The notes: a model not told the origin generated them from the letters alone. DNA of 64,000 nt from Asaia bogorensis (GCA_945905835.1 CAMDQJ010000002.1:14684-78683), one strand, 5' to 3'. Counted from the first letter of the stretch, positions 28,033-40,501 are shown. Translations and numbers: made by a program.

Positions 28033-28692
28033 ATGTACAATATCAGGTCTTTGGCACCCGAAGCCCGGACGCGGCTGGAGACCATGGTCGAGGTGCTTCG
28101 TCATTGGAGCAAGGCCATCAACCTGGTCGGCAGGGCAACACTGGATGACATCTGGGCCCGCCACGTCCTGGATTCGGCCCAGCTCGATCCGCTAATCCCG
28201 CCGGGAACGAAAAAACTGGCCGATCTGGGCTCTGGCGCCGGTTTTCCCGGCCTGGTCGTGGCGGCGATGCGGCCCGAGATCGAGGTTACGCTAGTCGAAT
28301 CGGACGCCCGCAAGGCCGCCTATCTCGGCGAAGCCTCGCGGCGGATGGAACTGGCGATCCCGCCCAAGGTGGTCATCGGACGCATCGAGGAAATAAATCC
28401 CCTCGGTGCCGACGTCGTGGCGGCCCGGGCCCTCGCCCCTCTTGCGACGTTGCTCGAATGGGCTTTTCGGCACCGTTCGGGTCCCGCTATTTGCCTTTTC
28501 CACAAGGGCAAAGGCTGGCGAGGCGAATTGACCGAGGCCATGCGGGACTGGGACATTCCCCATCAACCTTTTGCCAGTGTGACCGATAGTGACTCCGTCA
28601 TCCTCCGAGTCGGCGACTACCAACGACTTGCCTCAGCGGGCGCCGCCGCCGCAGATGTTCGCGATCGCCAACCAAAAGGGCGGCGTCGGTAA
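28033..28692 (+). CDS. rsmG: 16S rRNA (guanine527-N7)-methyltransferase RsmG (GidB)
   Basis: LRHWSKAINLVGRATLDDIWARHVLDS and the ADLGSGAGFPGLV SAM motif. The 3' tail overlaps parA and may be aberrant. Confidence 0.85.
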   Translation: MYNIRSLAPEARTRLETMVEVLRHWSKAINLVGRATLDDIWARHVLDSAQLDPLIPPGTKKLADLGSGAGFPGLVVAAMRPEIEVTLVESDARKAAYLGEASRRMELAIPPKVVIGRIEEINPLGADVVAARALAPLATLLEWAFRHRSGPAICLFHKGKGWRGELTEAMRDWDIPHQPFASVTDSDSVILRVGDYQRLASAGAAAADVRDRQPKGRRR

Positions 28693-29446
28693 AACCACGA
28701 CGGCGATCAATCTCGCCACGGCGCTGGCCGCGGTCGGCGAAAAAATCCTGCTGATCGATCTCGACCCGCAAGGCAACGCCTCGACCGGCCTCGGCATCGC
28801 GCGCAACGACCGCTCGCCCGGCACCTACGAATTTTTACTCGGCCTCGCCTCGCTGGACGCTTCGGTACGCGAGGCCAAGATCCCCGGACTGTTCGTCATG
28901 CCCGCCTCGGTGCAGCTCGCCGGCGCCGAGATCGAGCTGATCGATCTCGAGCGCCGCGAACATCGCCTGGCCGAAGCGCTCGCCGCCCCGGGCAACGAGA
29001 CGCGCACGCGCTGGACGACGATCCTGATCGACTGCCCGCCGTCGCTGGGCCTCGTGACCTTGAACGCGCTGGTCGCGGCCGACGCGGTGCTGGTGCCGCT
29101 GCAAGCGGAGTTCCTGGCGCTCGAGGGAATTGGCGCGCTGGCCAACACCGTGGAGAGAATAAAGAAACGCCTCAACCCAAGGTTGCACATCGCCGGCGTC
29201 GTCATGACCATGGTCGATCGCCGCATGACGCTCAGCCAGCAGGTCGAGGCCGACGTGCGCCAGCATTTCGGCGATCTGGTTTTCAGCACCACGGTGCCGC
29301 GCAACGTCCGCATCGCCGAGGCGCCCTCGCACGGCCTGCCGGTGCTGATCTACGACAACGCCTGCGCCGGATCGCAGGCCTATATCCTGCTGGCGAGCGA
29401 GTTCATCCGCCGCCGGCGCAACGCAGCGGAGCAGGCGGCAGCATGA
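28589..29446 (+). CDS. parA: Chromosome partitioning ATPase ParA
   Basis: IANQKGGVGKTTTAINLA deviant Walker A. GTG start at 28589. An alternative ATG at 28655 is possible. Confidence 0.9.
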   Translation: MTPSSSESATTNDLPQRAPPPQMFAIANQKGGVGKTTTAINLATALAAVGEKILLIDLDPQGNASTGLGIARNDRSPGTYEFLLGLASLDASVREAKIPGLFVMPASVQLAGAEIELIDLERREHRLAEALAAPGNETRTRWTTILIDCPPSLGLVTLNALVAADAVLVPLQAEFLALEGIGALANTVERIKKRLNPRLHIAGVVMTMVDRRMTLSQQVEADVRQHFGDLVFSTTVPRNVRIAEAPSHGLPVLIYDNACAGSQAYILLASEFIRRRRNAAEQAAA

Positions 29447-29456
29447 GGCGCGTCAC

Positions 29457-30395
<939 letters not shown>

Positions 30396-30403
30396 CGCAA
30401 GGC

Positions 30404-30625
30404 TCAACCCGCAGGCAATCCGGCCCGCCGCAATCCTTCGAGAAAAATTTCTCTCGTCCGCGGCTCGGGCGGCGTGGTTCTCGCCTGCTCGACGATGGCG
30501 AGGGTCAATCCAGGTTCGAGTTCCAGGAGATGCCGGACTGCCGCTTCGGCTTCCTCGTGCCGGCCGGTGTAGGCGAGGGCCCGGGCATCGTTGACGTTGA
30601 CCGCCAGCGAACGGTCGATCAGCAA
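30404..30625 (-). pseudogene. 3'-terminal stub of a TPR-containing regulator/cyclase-type gene
   Basis: ...NDARALAYTGRHEEAEAAVRHLLELEPGLTL...REIFLEGLRRAGLPAG* resembles the C-terminal TPR tail of large alphaproteobacterial regulators. No upstream continuation. Confidence 0.4.
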
Positions 30626-30838
30626 CCGGCTGCCTACGAGGCGCTGGCCTTGCGGCGGGCCACGACGCCGCAACACCTCGCGGAAGTGAAAGCCAGACTG
30701 GCGGGCAATCGCGATGGCGCGCCTCTCTTCGATACTGGCCTATTCACCCGCCATCTCGAGACCGCCTACGCCACGATGTAGGAGCGCCACCAGCGCGGCG
30801 ATCCGCCTGCCGGTTTCGACCTGCCGCCGGACGGCTAG
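30617..30838 (+). pseudogene. 3'-terminal stub of a TPR/GT41 (SPINDLY-like) glycosyltransferase with an in-frame TAG
   Basis: AAYEALALRRATTPQHLAEVKARLAGNRDGAPLFDTGLFTRHLETAYATM-TAG-ERHQRGDPPAGFDLPPDG* parallels the C-terminus of the intact paralog at 38378..40501 (...ADYEARGLHLARSREELAALRARL...EAAFVEMWQRQQRGDAPAAFSV). Confidence 0.55.
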
Positions 30839-31878
30839 CGCCGCTCTTTCGCCGTCTTTGCCGCGCCACCCAGCCTGAAACAAAGCCGCCGCGCGATCGC
30901 CTCGTCGGGCAGGCCGGTGGACTTGCATTCGATCTCGGCCTTCACGATCTCACCCAGCGCGACGCCCAGCCGGCCCAGCGGCCACAGGCGCAGGTGGCGC
31001 AGAAAGGCGTCGCGCCGCGGCCCGAAGCGCGGCAGGCCGCGCGCCTTGGTCAACGCGGCTTCCATCGGCACGCCCTTGGCCTGGTTGCCCGAGACGACGT
31101 GAAGCTGGTCGGTGTGGCGCTGCACCGCGCGCACCAGCTGCACCGGGTTGCCGCCTTCGGCGAACACGCGGTCGAGAGCGCGGTCGAGAGAGACGAGATC
31201 GCCATCGAAAGTGGCGGCGATGACGTTGTCCTGGCCGATCGCGGCGGTGTCGCCCAGCACCGCCATGGCGTCGTCGAGCGTCACGGTCTTGCTGGCGTCG
31301 CTCGCCTTGTAGAGCAGCAGCTTGTCGATCTCGCTGCGCGTCTGGCCGCGATCGCCGCCGATGCGCTCGACGATCCAGTCCAATGCATCCGGCGCCACGG
31401 CATAGCCCTGCGCGCGCGCGGCACTCTCGACGAGGCCTTCGAGTGCCGCCTCGCCGTCCATGTAGCAGGGCATGGCGGCGAGGCAGGGTTCGGTCTCGGC
31501 CAGCGTCCTGAGCGCCGAGCGCGGCGTCAGGTTGCCGCCTTCGAGCACGATCAGGGCGTCGCCCGCCGTGGCGGCAACGAGGTTCTCGAGCGCCGTCGCC
31601 GATTCGTCGCCGGCCGGCCGCACGCGGATGACGCGCCGTCCGCCTATCAGCGACATCGCCGAGAACTCGTCGGCCAGCCGCGCCGGGTCGCCCTTCAGCG
31701 TCTCGCCGGCGATGTCGACGACGCGGAAGGGGTCCTTGAGGTCCTCGCAGACGGTCCTGGCCAGAGCCAGCGCGCGTTCGGCGACAAGGCCATCGTCGTT
31801 GCCATAGACCACCACGGCGCGGATTTTCGGATCCGGCTTCTTGAGGAACGACTCGACCTGGCGTGTTTCGATCTTCAT
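30835..31878 (-). CDS. holA: DNA polymerase III subunit delta
   Basis: 347 aa, MKIETRQVESFLKKPDPKIRAVVVYGNDDGLV... is typical of the HolA N-terminus. Confidence 0.85.
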   Translation of the reverse strand: MKIETRQVESFLKKPDPKIRAVVVYGNDDGLVAERALALARTVCEDLKDPFRVVDIAGETLKGDPARLADEFSAMSLIGGRRVIRVRPAGDESATALENLVAATAGDALIVLEGGNLTPRSALRTLAETEPCLAAMPCYMDGEAALEGLVESAARAQGYAVAPDALDWIVERIGGDRGQTRSEIDKLLLYKASDASKTVTLDDAMAVLGDTAAIGQDNVIAATFDGDLVSLDRALDRVFAEGGNPVQLVRAVQRHTDQLHVVSGNQAKGVPMEAALTKARGLPRFGPRRDAFLRHLRLWPLGRLGVALGEIVKAEIECKSTGLPDEAIARRLCFRLGGAAKTAKERR

Positions 31879-31930
31879 GGCAGGCCCTTATCTACCATGA
31901 AAGGCAGATGAAGCTTCCGCGGACCGCGGG

Positions 31931-32347
31931 CTAGCGCGCCTCGGTCTGGGCGGCGAGAGCGGCGCGCATTTCGCGATAAAGCTCGAATACCGCGAAGGGT
32001 TTGTGAAGCACCTGCACGCCCGGCATCTCGACGGCGCTGTCGGTTTGCTCGAGATTGCCGGTCATGAGAATGCAGACCCGAGGCGCACCGCGCCGGCTTT
32101 CCGCGCGAATGAGGTCGACGCCGTTGCCGTCGGCCATGCGGGCGTCGGTGATCAGAACGTCGAAGGCCTCGGTCGCGTCGGCAAATATGCGCGTCGCCTT
32201 GGCGTAGGAAGTCGCCGTCAGGACAGTCTCGCCGCGCCTGCGCAAACAGCTCGCGACTTCATCCAGCAACTCAGCCTCATCTTCCACGATCAGGACCCGG
32301 GAAGCAGCAACCGTCATTTTCATTACCCAAGCGAGAAGGCTGCGCAT
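31931..32347 (-). CDS. Single-domain response regulator (CheY-like receiver)
   Basis: VLIVEDE, VLITDARMADGNG (phospho-acceptor Asp), ILMTG, HKPF. The start could be 32347, 32323 or 32317. Confidence 0.8.
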   Translation of the reverse strand: MRSLLAWVMKMTVAASRVLIVEDEAELLDEVASCLRRRGETVLTATSYAKATRIFADATEAFDVLITDARMADGNGVDLIRAESRRGAPRVCILMTGNLEQTDSAVEMPGVQVLHKPFAVFELYREMRAALAAQTEAR

Positions 32348-32447
32348 AATCGCAGCGCCGCCAATGAATAGGATAGCAGGACTGGCCCTGCCTGTCCTTC
32401 ATGACCCCGGGAAAGCATCCAGGCCGCCACCGCCCGGAGCGCTGGCG

Positions 32448-32615
32448 TCAGATCTTTTCCTCGGGCTCGACCTCAGCCGCTGGCGCAGCACCAGCGGCCT
32501 CCGCCCGGGCGCGCTCCTTGGCTTCTTTCTTGGCCTGGGCCTTCTCGGCGTTCTTCAGTGCCTTCAGTCGATCGCGCTCGCGGCGTTCGAATTCGTAGTT
32601 CGGCTTGCGTGCCAT
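32448..32615 (-). CDS. Small Lys/Glu/Arg-rich protein (55 aa), not in the supplied ORF track
   Basis: My own translation: MARKPNYEFERRERDRLKALKNAEKAQAKKEAKERARAEAAGAAPAAEVEPEEKI*. GC-rich third codon positions like neighbouring genes. AGAGG sits upstream of the ATG. Confidence 0.45.
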   Translation of the reverse strand: MARKPNYEFERRERDRLKALKNAEKAQAKKEAKERARAEAAGAAPAAEVEPEEKI

Positions 32616-32649
32616 GTTTCTGGCCTCTTTTGTTTGTGGCGTGCTGGCT

Positions 32650-35250
<2,601 letters not shown>

Positions 35251-35362
35251 GGAACCTGCTCCAACCTTCAAAAGCAAACGGGGCAAAAACAAACGAGGCC
35301 GCAGCGGATGCCCCGCGCGGCCTCGTTCGTCAAGCTTTTGCGGGGGTTATCGCGAACCGGCG

Positions 35363-35950
35363 TCACGATCCTGTTTGGGCGATGCGCAGCTGGCGCGCCC
35401 GCGTAAGGATCGCATTCTCGATATCGATGTTGGTGCGCGGATCGACCTGGGCGTCGATCCAGCCGCCAGTGCCGGTGCCGGCCTTGGTCGTCTGCTGCTG
35501 CTTGAACACAGAGACGCGCACGCCGTCGGCGCGCAGGTCGCGGTCGAGGATGGTGATCTGCACCTTCATGCGCTCGTTGGGCGCCTCGGCCGGCGTGTAC
35601 CAGTCGGTGATGATGACGCCGCCGAACGGATCGGCCGAGACCAGCGGGATGAAATTGATGGTGTCGAGGCTGGCGCGCCACAGGTAGGCGTTGACCGCCA
35701 CGCCGGAGCCGTTGTCGTTGGGCTTTTCCTTGCCGCCCAACAGGCCGCCGGGGCCGAACAGGCTGCCGGTGTCCTTGTTGTTGCCGCCGAGGCCGGTCGT
35801 CAGGTCGCGGAGGTTGCGGTCGCCCGAGGGGCCGCTCTTCTTTTCCTTCACGTCGGTGACGGCACAGGCGGCAAGTCCGGCAGCAAAAAGCCCGATGGCG
35901 ACGGGTCGCCCGATGGCGAGGAGTCGAAGGAGGATCGCCGAGCCCGACAT
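35363..35950 (-). CDS. DUF3576-like lipoprotein
   Basis: MSGSAILLRLLAIGRPVAIGLFAAGLAAC lipobox, then ...NAYLWRASLDTINFIPL...VIITDWY, typical of the conserved lipoprotein found upstream of leuS in Alphaproteobacteria. Confidence 0.7.
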   Translation of the reverse strand: MSGSAILLRLLAIGRPVAIGLFAAGLAACAVTDVKEKKSGPSGDRNLRDLTTGLGGNNKDTGSLFGPGGLLGGKEKPNDNGSGVAVNAYLWRASLDTINFIPLVSADPFGGVIITDWYTPAEAPNERMKVQITILDRDLRADGVRVSVFKQQQTTKAGTGTGGWIDAQVDPRTNIDIENAILTRARQLRIAQTGS

Positions 35951-36381
35951 GATGCTGTCCTTGGCAGTGTGCCCGATTTTCCAGGCGATATGGGCCGCGC
36001 CCAGTCCTCTTGGGCGGCAGCGGCCGGACCATAGGCGTGCGCCCTGAGGACTGCAAGAGGCCGCAGGTTGTGAGCCAGTAAGGCAATGGGCGTGCTGGGG
36101 GTTCATTTTTAATTAGTTTTAAAATAAGACTAACATACTTAAAGTTTAGCGAGTTGCTTTATAAGACTTAACTCTTTCTGACCTGATCAATCTGGCTCAA
36201 CACTGCCGCTACGATTGTGACAAAGACGCCACAGGTGCGGGGAGAATCGTGCGGCAGGGCGACCATTTCTTGACCCTCGTTTTGGCCCAGTGTTCTATAG
36301 CGCAGTCGGATCGGCGGGGCATGCAATCCCGTGGTCGACACAGGCCTCAAGGTACGTACCACTGACAATGAGAGAGGAAGA

Positions 36382-37770
36382 ATGATGAAAAAGCTTCTAC
36401 TGGGCTCGACCGCTTTGGTCGCCGGTGGGTTGATGGCAGTTCCCGCCATGGCCGCCGATCCGATCAAGATGGGCGTCGGCGGCTACTGGACCGGTTATGT
36501 GTTGGGCGGGGCGATCGACTCGATTTACGCGCTCGACGGTACGACGAAAGACTTCAAGGGTATCAACCTGATCTATGAAGGTGAGATACACTTCATCGGG
36601 TCGACCAAGCTCGACAACGGCACGAGTGTCGGTGTGACGGTCGAACTCGAAGCCCACAATCCGGGCCAGACGTCCAACGGGACGGCGACGGTGGCCGCCC
36701 TTAATCAGTCTGCCGGCGTTCCGCTATCGCAGGCTGCGCAGATCGACGAATCGTTCCTGTTCGCCTTCGGCGACTGGGGCCGCGTCGAGTTCGGTTCGCG
36801 CGATCCGGGCGCCTATCGTATGTTCTACGGCACGCCTTCGGCCCTGATCGGCTTTGGCTTCTCGCAGCATAACCACCAGTGGAACGCCGTCGGCGCCGCC
36901 AACAAGGCGGTCCGCGCGGGTTACGGCTACAGCATCGGCGCCCAGTGGCAGGACGCAAACCGCATCACCTACTTCACGCCGCGCTTCGCCGGCTTGCAGG
37001 TCGGTGTCGGCTACGCTCCGAAGCTGCAACAGCAGAGCGCTGCCGGGTCCCTGAGTGGCGGTGGGCTGGCCGGTGATTGCGGCTACAACGGCGGCGGCAA
37101 CTTTAACGGCTGCGCGGTAAACGACTATCAGTATCAGGATGAGTACGACATCGGCGCCAACTACCTGAACAAGATCGGCGATGTCACCATGGCTCTGCAC
37201 GGCGGTTATGCTAACGCTAACTTCAACCCGGGTCAGCGGACCAACGGCGCCGCCAGCTTGATCTCGGGCGCCAACCGCGCCACCTGGAAGCAGATGGTCG
37301 GCGGTGTTCAGCTCGGCTACGCCGGCTTCACGATCGGCGGTGCTTACGGTTGGGACAACAACGGCCTCGGCAACAACTACTACACCAATGTGGACAACGA
37401 CACCCGCTACTGGACTTTTGGCGGAATGTACGAAACCGGCCCGTGGCAGATGTCGGCAGGCTGGGGTGGCGCTGTAAACAACAACGGTAACGGCTCGGGT
37501 ACCGTCTACAACTTCACGTCCGGCACCAGCGTAGCGAACGCGCCCTCTGCTGCGCCTTCGACCAGCCACGCCTTCGGAACAAACCCGAACACCGGCGCAC
37601 TCGCCTTCGGTGCGGAAACCACCAACAAGTACGAAGTCGGCGCCAACTACGCACTCGGACCGGGTGTGAAGCTGGTCGGCGGCTTCATGTACTACCAAAT
37701 CGGGGGCCCCTCGGCTTCCACCAACGGCAACTCCTGGGCGGTCGTCATGGGCATGGACCTGCGCTTCTAG
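36382..37770 (+). CDS. Outer-membrane porin
   Basis: MMKKLLLGSTALVAGGLMAVPAMA signal peptide. Gly/Tyr/Asn-rich beta-strand pattern. C-terminal ...MGMDLRF. GAGAGG Shine-Dalgarno sequence. Confidence 0.8.
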   Translation: MMKKLLLGSTALVAGGLMAVPAMAADPIKMGVGGYWTGYVLGGAIDSIYALDGTTKDFKGINLIYEGEIHFIGSTKLDNGTSVGVTVELEAHNPGQTSNGTATVAALNQSAGVPLSQAAQIDESFLFAFGDWGRVEFGSRDPGAYRMFYGTPSALIGFGFSQHNHQWNAVGAANKAVRAGYGYSIGAQWQDANRITYFTPRFAGLQVGVGYAPKLQQQSAAGSLSGGGLAGDCGYNGGGNFNGCAVNDYQYQDEYDIGANYLNKIGDVTMALHGGYANANFNPGQRTNGAASLISGANRATWKQMVGGVQLGYAGFTIGGAYGWDNNGLGNNYYTNVDNDTRYWTFGGMYETGPWQMSAGWGGAVNNNGNGSGTVYNFTSGTSVANAPSAAPSTSHAFGTNPNTGALAFGAETTNKYEVGANYALGPGVKLVGGFMYYQIGGPSASTNGNSWAVVMGMDLRF

Positions 37771-37794
37771 TCCTAGCCAACCCGACCAAATCGG

Positions 37795-37828
37795 AGAGAG
37801 CGGGCGAAAGCCCGCTCTCTTCTTTTTT
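37795..37828 (+). terminator. Rho-independent terminator of the porin gene
   Basis: 11-bp perfect stem AGAGAGCGGGC / GCCCGCTCTCT, GAAA loop, then TCTTTTTT. Confidence 0.8.
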
Positions 37829-37945
37829 GCCCGATCGTTATCCGACGGCTGTGTTAGGTTGTGTTTGGAACCCTGAGGCCGGCGCCCCTCCGACCGAACC
37901 GTTAATCCCGGCGGACCGGGCCAACTCTGTTCGCGCCCGACAAGC

Positions 37946-38400
37946 ATGCGCATGGGCCAAAGCGCGACTGGTGAGCGTTCTGCCAACTGCGGCTCTCTTA
38001 CGCGGCGCTCTGCGCTGGGCAGTGCCTTGGCCGGGCCTGCTCACTCTGCCGGCCGCCTCGCCCGCCACGGCCGCCAGCAATGTCCTCATCGTCTACGCCT
38101 ATGCCGACGACTGCGCGCCCTGCCAGATCTTCGCGGCGCAGGACTGGCCTGGGTGGTCTTGGGCGCGTGTGTCTTGATGAACTTGACCGATTTCGAAACC
38201 GGCGAGGCCAGGAATTACGGCCTACCAAGCCAAATACTGGCCATCCGAGGCGCGGCCCTATCATTCGGCCGTCAAGGTGCCGATCGTTCCGTCCTTCATT
38301 CTGGTCAACAACGGCAGCGTCGTGCTGGTCGGCAACGGCATCGTCGGCTGGCGCAACCAGGTATTGCCCCAGGTTCATCACCTGGCCGCCGCCGGTTGGC
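37946..38400 (+). pseudogene. Thioredoxin-fold (CxxC) exported protein, multiply frameshifted
   Basis: Pieces in alternating frames. Tat/Sec-like ...LTRRSALGSALAG. Then LLTLPAASPATAASNVLIVYAYADDCAPCQIFAAQDWPGW followed by TGA. Then ...KYWPSEARPYHSAVKVPIVPSFILVNNGSVVLVGNGIVGW. Confidence 0.4.
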
Positions 38401-40501
38401 CGACGCTGAACGCCGCCGGTGCGTCGCCGCGCTGCTGGCGCTGCCACATCTCGACAAAGGCTGCTTCCATGTTGCGCCGGCCGTCGTCTTTGTCGAACAG
38501 CATCGACATCGTGCGCGCGGCCATCAGACGTGCCCGCAACGCCGCCAGCTCCTCGCGGCTGCGGGCGAGATGAAGGCCCCGTGCCTCGTAGTCCGCAAGC
38601 GAACCCGTGATCAGATCGGGCAGTCCGACAGCGTGCAACAGGCTGGCGCCAACGCGGCTGGCAAAGGAGTTGCCGGTGCAGGTCAGCACCGGCAGGCCGG
38701 CCCACAAGGCATCGCGGCCGGTCGAATGGGCGTTGTAGGGCAGCGTGTCGAGGAAGAGGTCGGCCAACGCATGGCGCGCCAGATGGTCGGCGCGGGCCGG
38801 CACTCGGCCGGCAAACACCAGGCGCTCGGCAGCGACGCCGCGCCGCTCGGCTTCGCGGCAAAGGTTTGCCGTCGCGCCGGTGTTCTCCTGCAGCAGCCAC
38901 AGCACGCTGCCGGGAACGCCTTTCAGCAGGTTCATCCAGACATCGAACAGGGCGGGGTTGAGCTTGTAGCCATTGCTGAAGGCGCAGAACACGAAGCCTT
39001 GATCGGGCAGCGCCGCGCCGGCTCGGGTCGGCGCTTGTGTCTCAGCCGCCTCTTCCGCGTCGAACGGCAGAAAGCAGCCCGGCAAATACACCAGTTTCTC
39101 GGCGTAATACGGCTGATCGGTCGAGGGCACGATATGCCGGTCGGCCAGGATGTAGTCGACATAGTCGGCGCCCATGGTGCTCGAGTAGCCGAGATAGCTC
39201 GCCTGCACGGGCGCGCCACGCCACGCCAGGACACCCGGCCTGCCGTCGGCGGCGTGTCCGGTGAGGTCGACCAGAATGTCGATTTCGTGTTTGGCGATAA
39301 GGCTCGCGACGTCACGATCGGCTGTTTCGCGCACGTCGATGAAGCGGTCGACGCCGGCCTCAATACGCTTGCGCACCTCGTCGCCGGTGTCCGGACCGAA
39401 CGAGAAAGCGCTGATCTCAAAGCGCGCCCGATCGTGCGTCTCGAGCCGCCGGGCCATGGGATAGGCGCTGGGATGATTGCGGAAGTCGCCCGAGAAGTAG
39501 CCGACCCGGATACGCTCGTGGCGATAGAGCGTGCCGCCCCAGATCGCCGGGCGCTCTGGCGGATAACGATGGGCGACCAGTGTTGCGGCGCAATGCTGCT
39601 CGTCGGCCGACGAGCCGCCGTAGCCGAGGAAGAAAAACGGAATATCGACACGCCGTCCGGCGCGGACATCGCCGCATAGTTGTGCGGTGGTCCTGTCATA
39701 GGCGCGCCAGTCGCAAGTCTGCAGTTGCGCGCGAAAGCAACTTCCCAGCGCATACTCGTATTTGGGTTGCAGCCGCAGGACCATCGCGAAAGCCTGTGCT
39801 GCCTCGTCGAAGCGCTTGAGTTCGCTGAGCACGATGCCGCGATTGAACGCGGCATGGACGTTGTGGCGGTCCGCGGCCAGTGCCCGGTCGTAACTAGCCA
39901 GGGCCTCGTCAAAACGACGGGCGTCGGCCAACGCCGCGCCGAGCGCGTTCAGTGCGTCGGCGTGATTGGGCGCCATCGCCAGCACGCGCCCGCAGTCGGC
40001 GATGGACTGAGGCAGACGGCGCAGCGCGCGCAGCGTGTTGGCCCGGTTGTAGAGGGCATTGACGTAAGCCGGCCGCACCGCGATGGCGCGATCGTAGCTC
40101 TCCAGCGCCTCGTCGAGGCGGCCCAGCGTCTGCAGGACGTTGCCGCGGTCGTTCAGGCTCTCGGGGTGGCCGGGATTGGCGGCAAGGACACGATCGAAGC
40201 AGGCCAGTGCCGGTTCCAGCCGGCCGAGCTTCTTCAGCACGTTGCCGCGATTGTACAGCGCACCGGCGTCCTGCGGCTTCACGGTGAGCGCCTTTTCCAG
40301 CAAGCGATCAGCCTCGGCGAAATGCTCCTTCTGGTAGGCGAGACCGCCCAGCAGCTGCAGGGCATCGAAATTGTGCGGCGCTATGGCGAGCACCTTGCGG
40401 TAGAGCTTTTCGGCGGGGGCCAGCCGGCCCTGGCGGTGCAGCGTGACCGCCTCGCCCAGCAGGGCGGCAATGCCACCCGGCACCACGGGCCGCGCGTTCA
40501 T
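38378..40501 (-). CDS. TPR-repeat protein fused to an O-GlcNAc-transferase-like (GT41, SPINDLY family) domain
   Basis: Start at MNARPVVPGG. Multiple 34-residue repeats (ALQLLGGLAYQ..., ALYNRGNVLKKLGRLEPALACFDRVLA...). C-terminal half is GT41-like. Confidence 0.8.
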   Translation of the reverse strand: MNARPVVPGGIAALLGEAVTLHRQGRLAPAEKLYRKVLAIAPHNFDALQLLGGLAYQKEHFAEADRLLEKALTVKPQDAGALYNRGNVLKKLGRLEPALACFDRVLAANPGHPESLNDRGNVLQTLGRLDEALESYDRAIAVRPAYVNALYNRANTLRALRRLPQSIADCGRVLAMAPNHADALNALGAALADARRFDEALASYDRALAADRHNVHAAFNRGIVLSELKRFDEAAQAFAMVLRLQPKYEYALGSCFRAQLQTCDWRAYDRTTAQLCGDVRAGRRVDIPFFFLGYGGSSADEQHCAATLVAHRYPPERPAIWGGTLYRHERIRVGYFSGDFRNHPSAYPMARRLETHDRARFEISAFSFGPDTGDEVRKRIEAGVDRFIDVRETADRDVASLIAKHEIDILVDLTGHAADGRPGVLAWRGAPVQASYLGYSSTMGADYVDYILADRHIVPSTDQPYYAEKLVYLPGCFLPFDAEEAAETQAPTRAGAALPDQGFVFCAFSNGYKLNPALFDVWMNLLKGVPGSVLWLLQENTGATANLCREAERRGVAAERLVFAGRVPARADHLARHALADLFLDTLPYNAHSTGRDALWAGLPVLTCTGNSFASRVGASLLHAVGLPDLITGSLADYEARGLHLARSREELAALRARLMAARTMSMLFDKDDGRRNMEAAFVEMWQRQQRGDAPAAFSVGQPAAAR

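Noticed and set aside
32401-32598. Plus-strand ORFs (32364..32813, 32401..32598) overlapping the small Lys/Glu-rich minus-strand ORF.
   Set aside because: Their translations are Pro/Arg/Ala/Ser-rich and low-complexity. The minus-strand reading has a start with a plausible Shine-Dalgarno sequence and a protein-like charged-helix sequence.
36111-36126. CtrA-type box in the AT-rich porin upstream region (TTAATTAGTTTTAAAA).
   Set aside because: The two TTAA half-sites are separated by 6 nt, not the 7 nt of TTAA-N7-TTAA. A single imperfect hit in AT-rich DNA is not meaningful.
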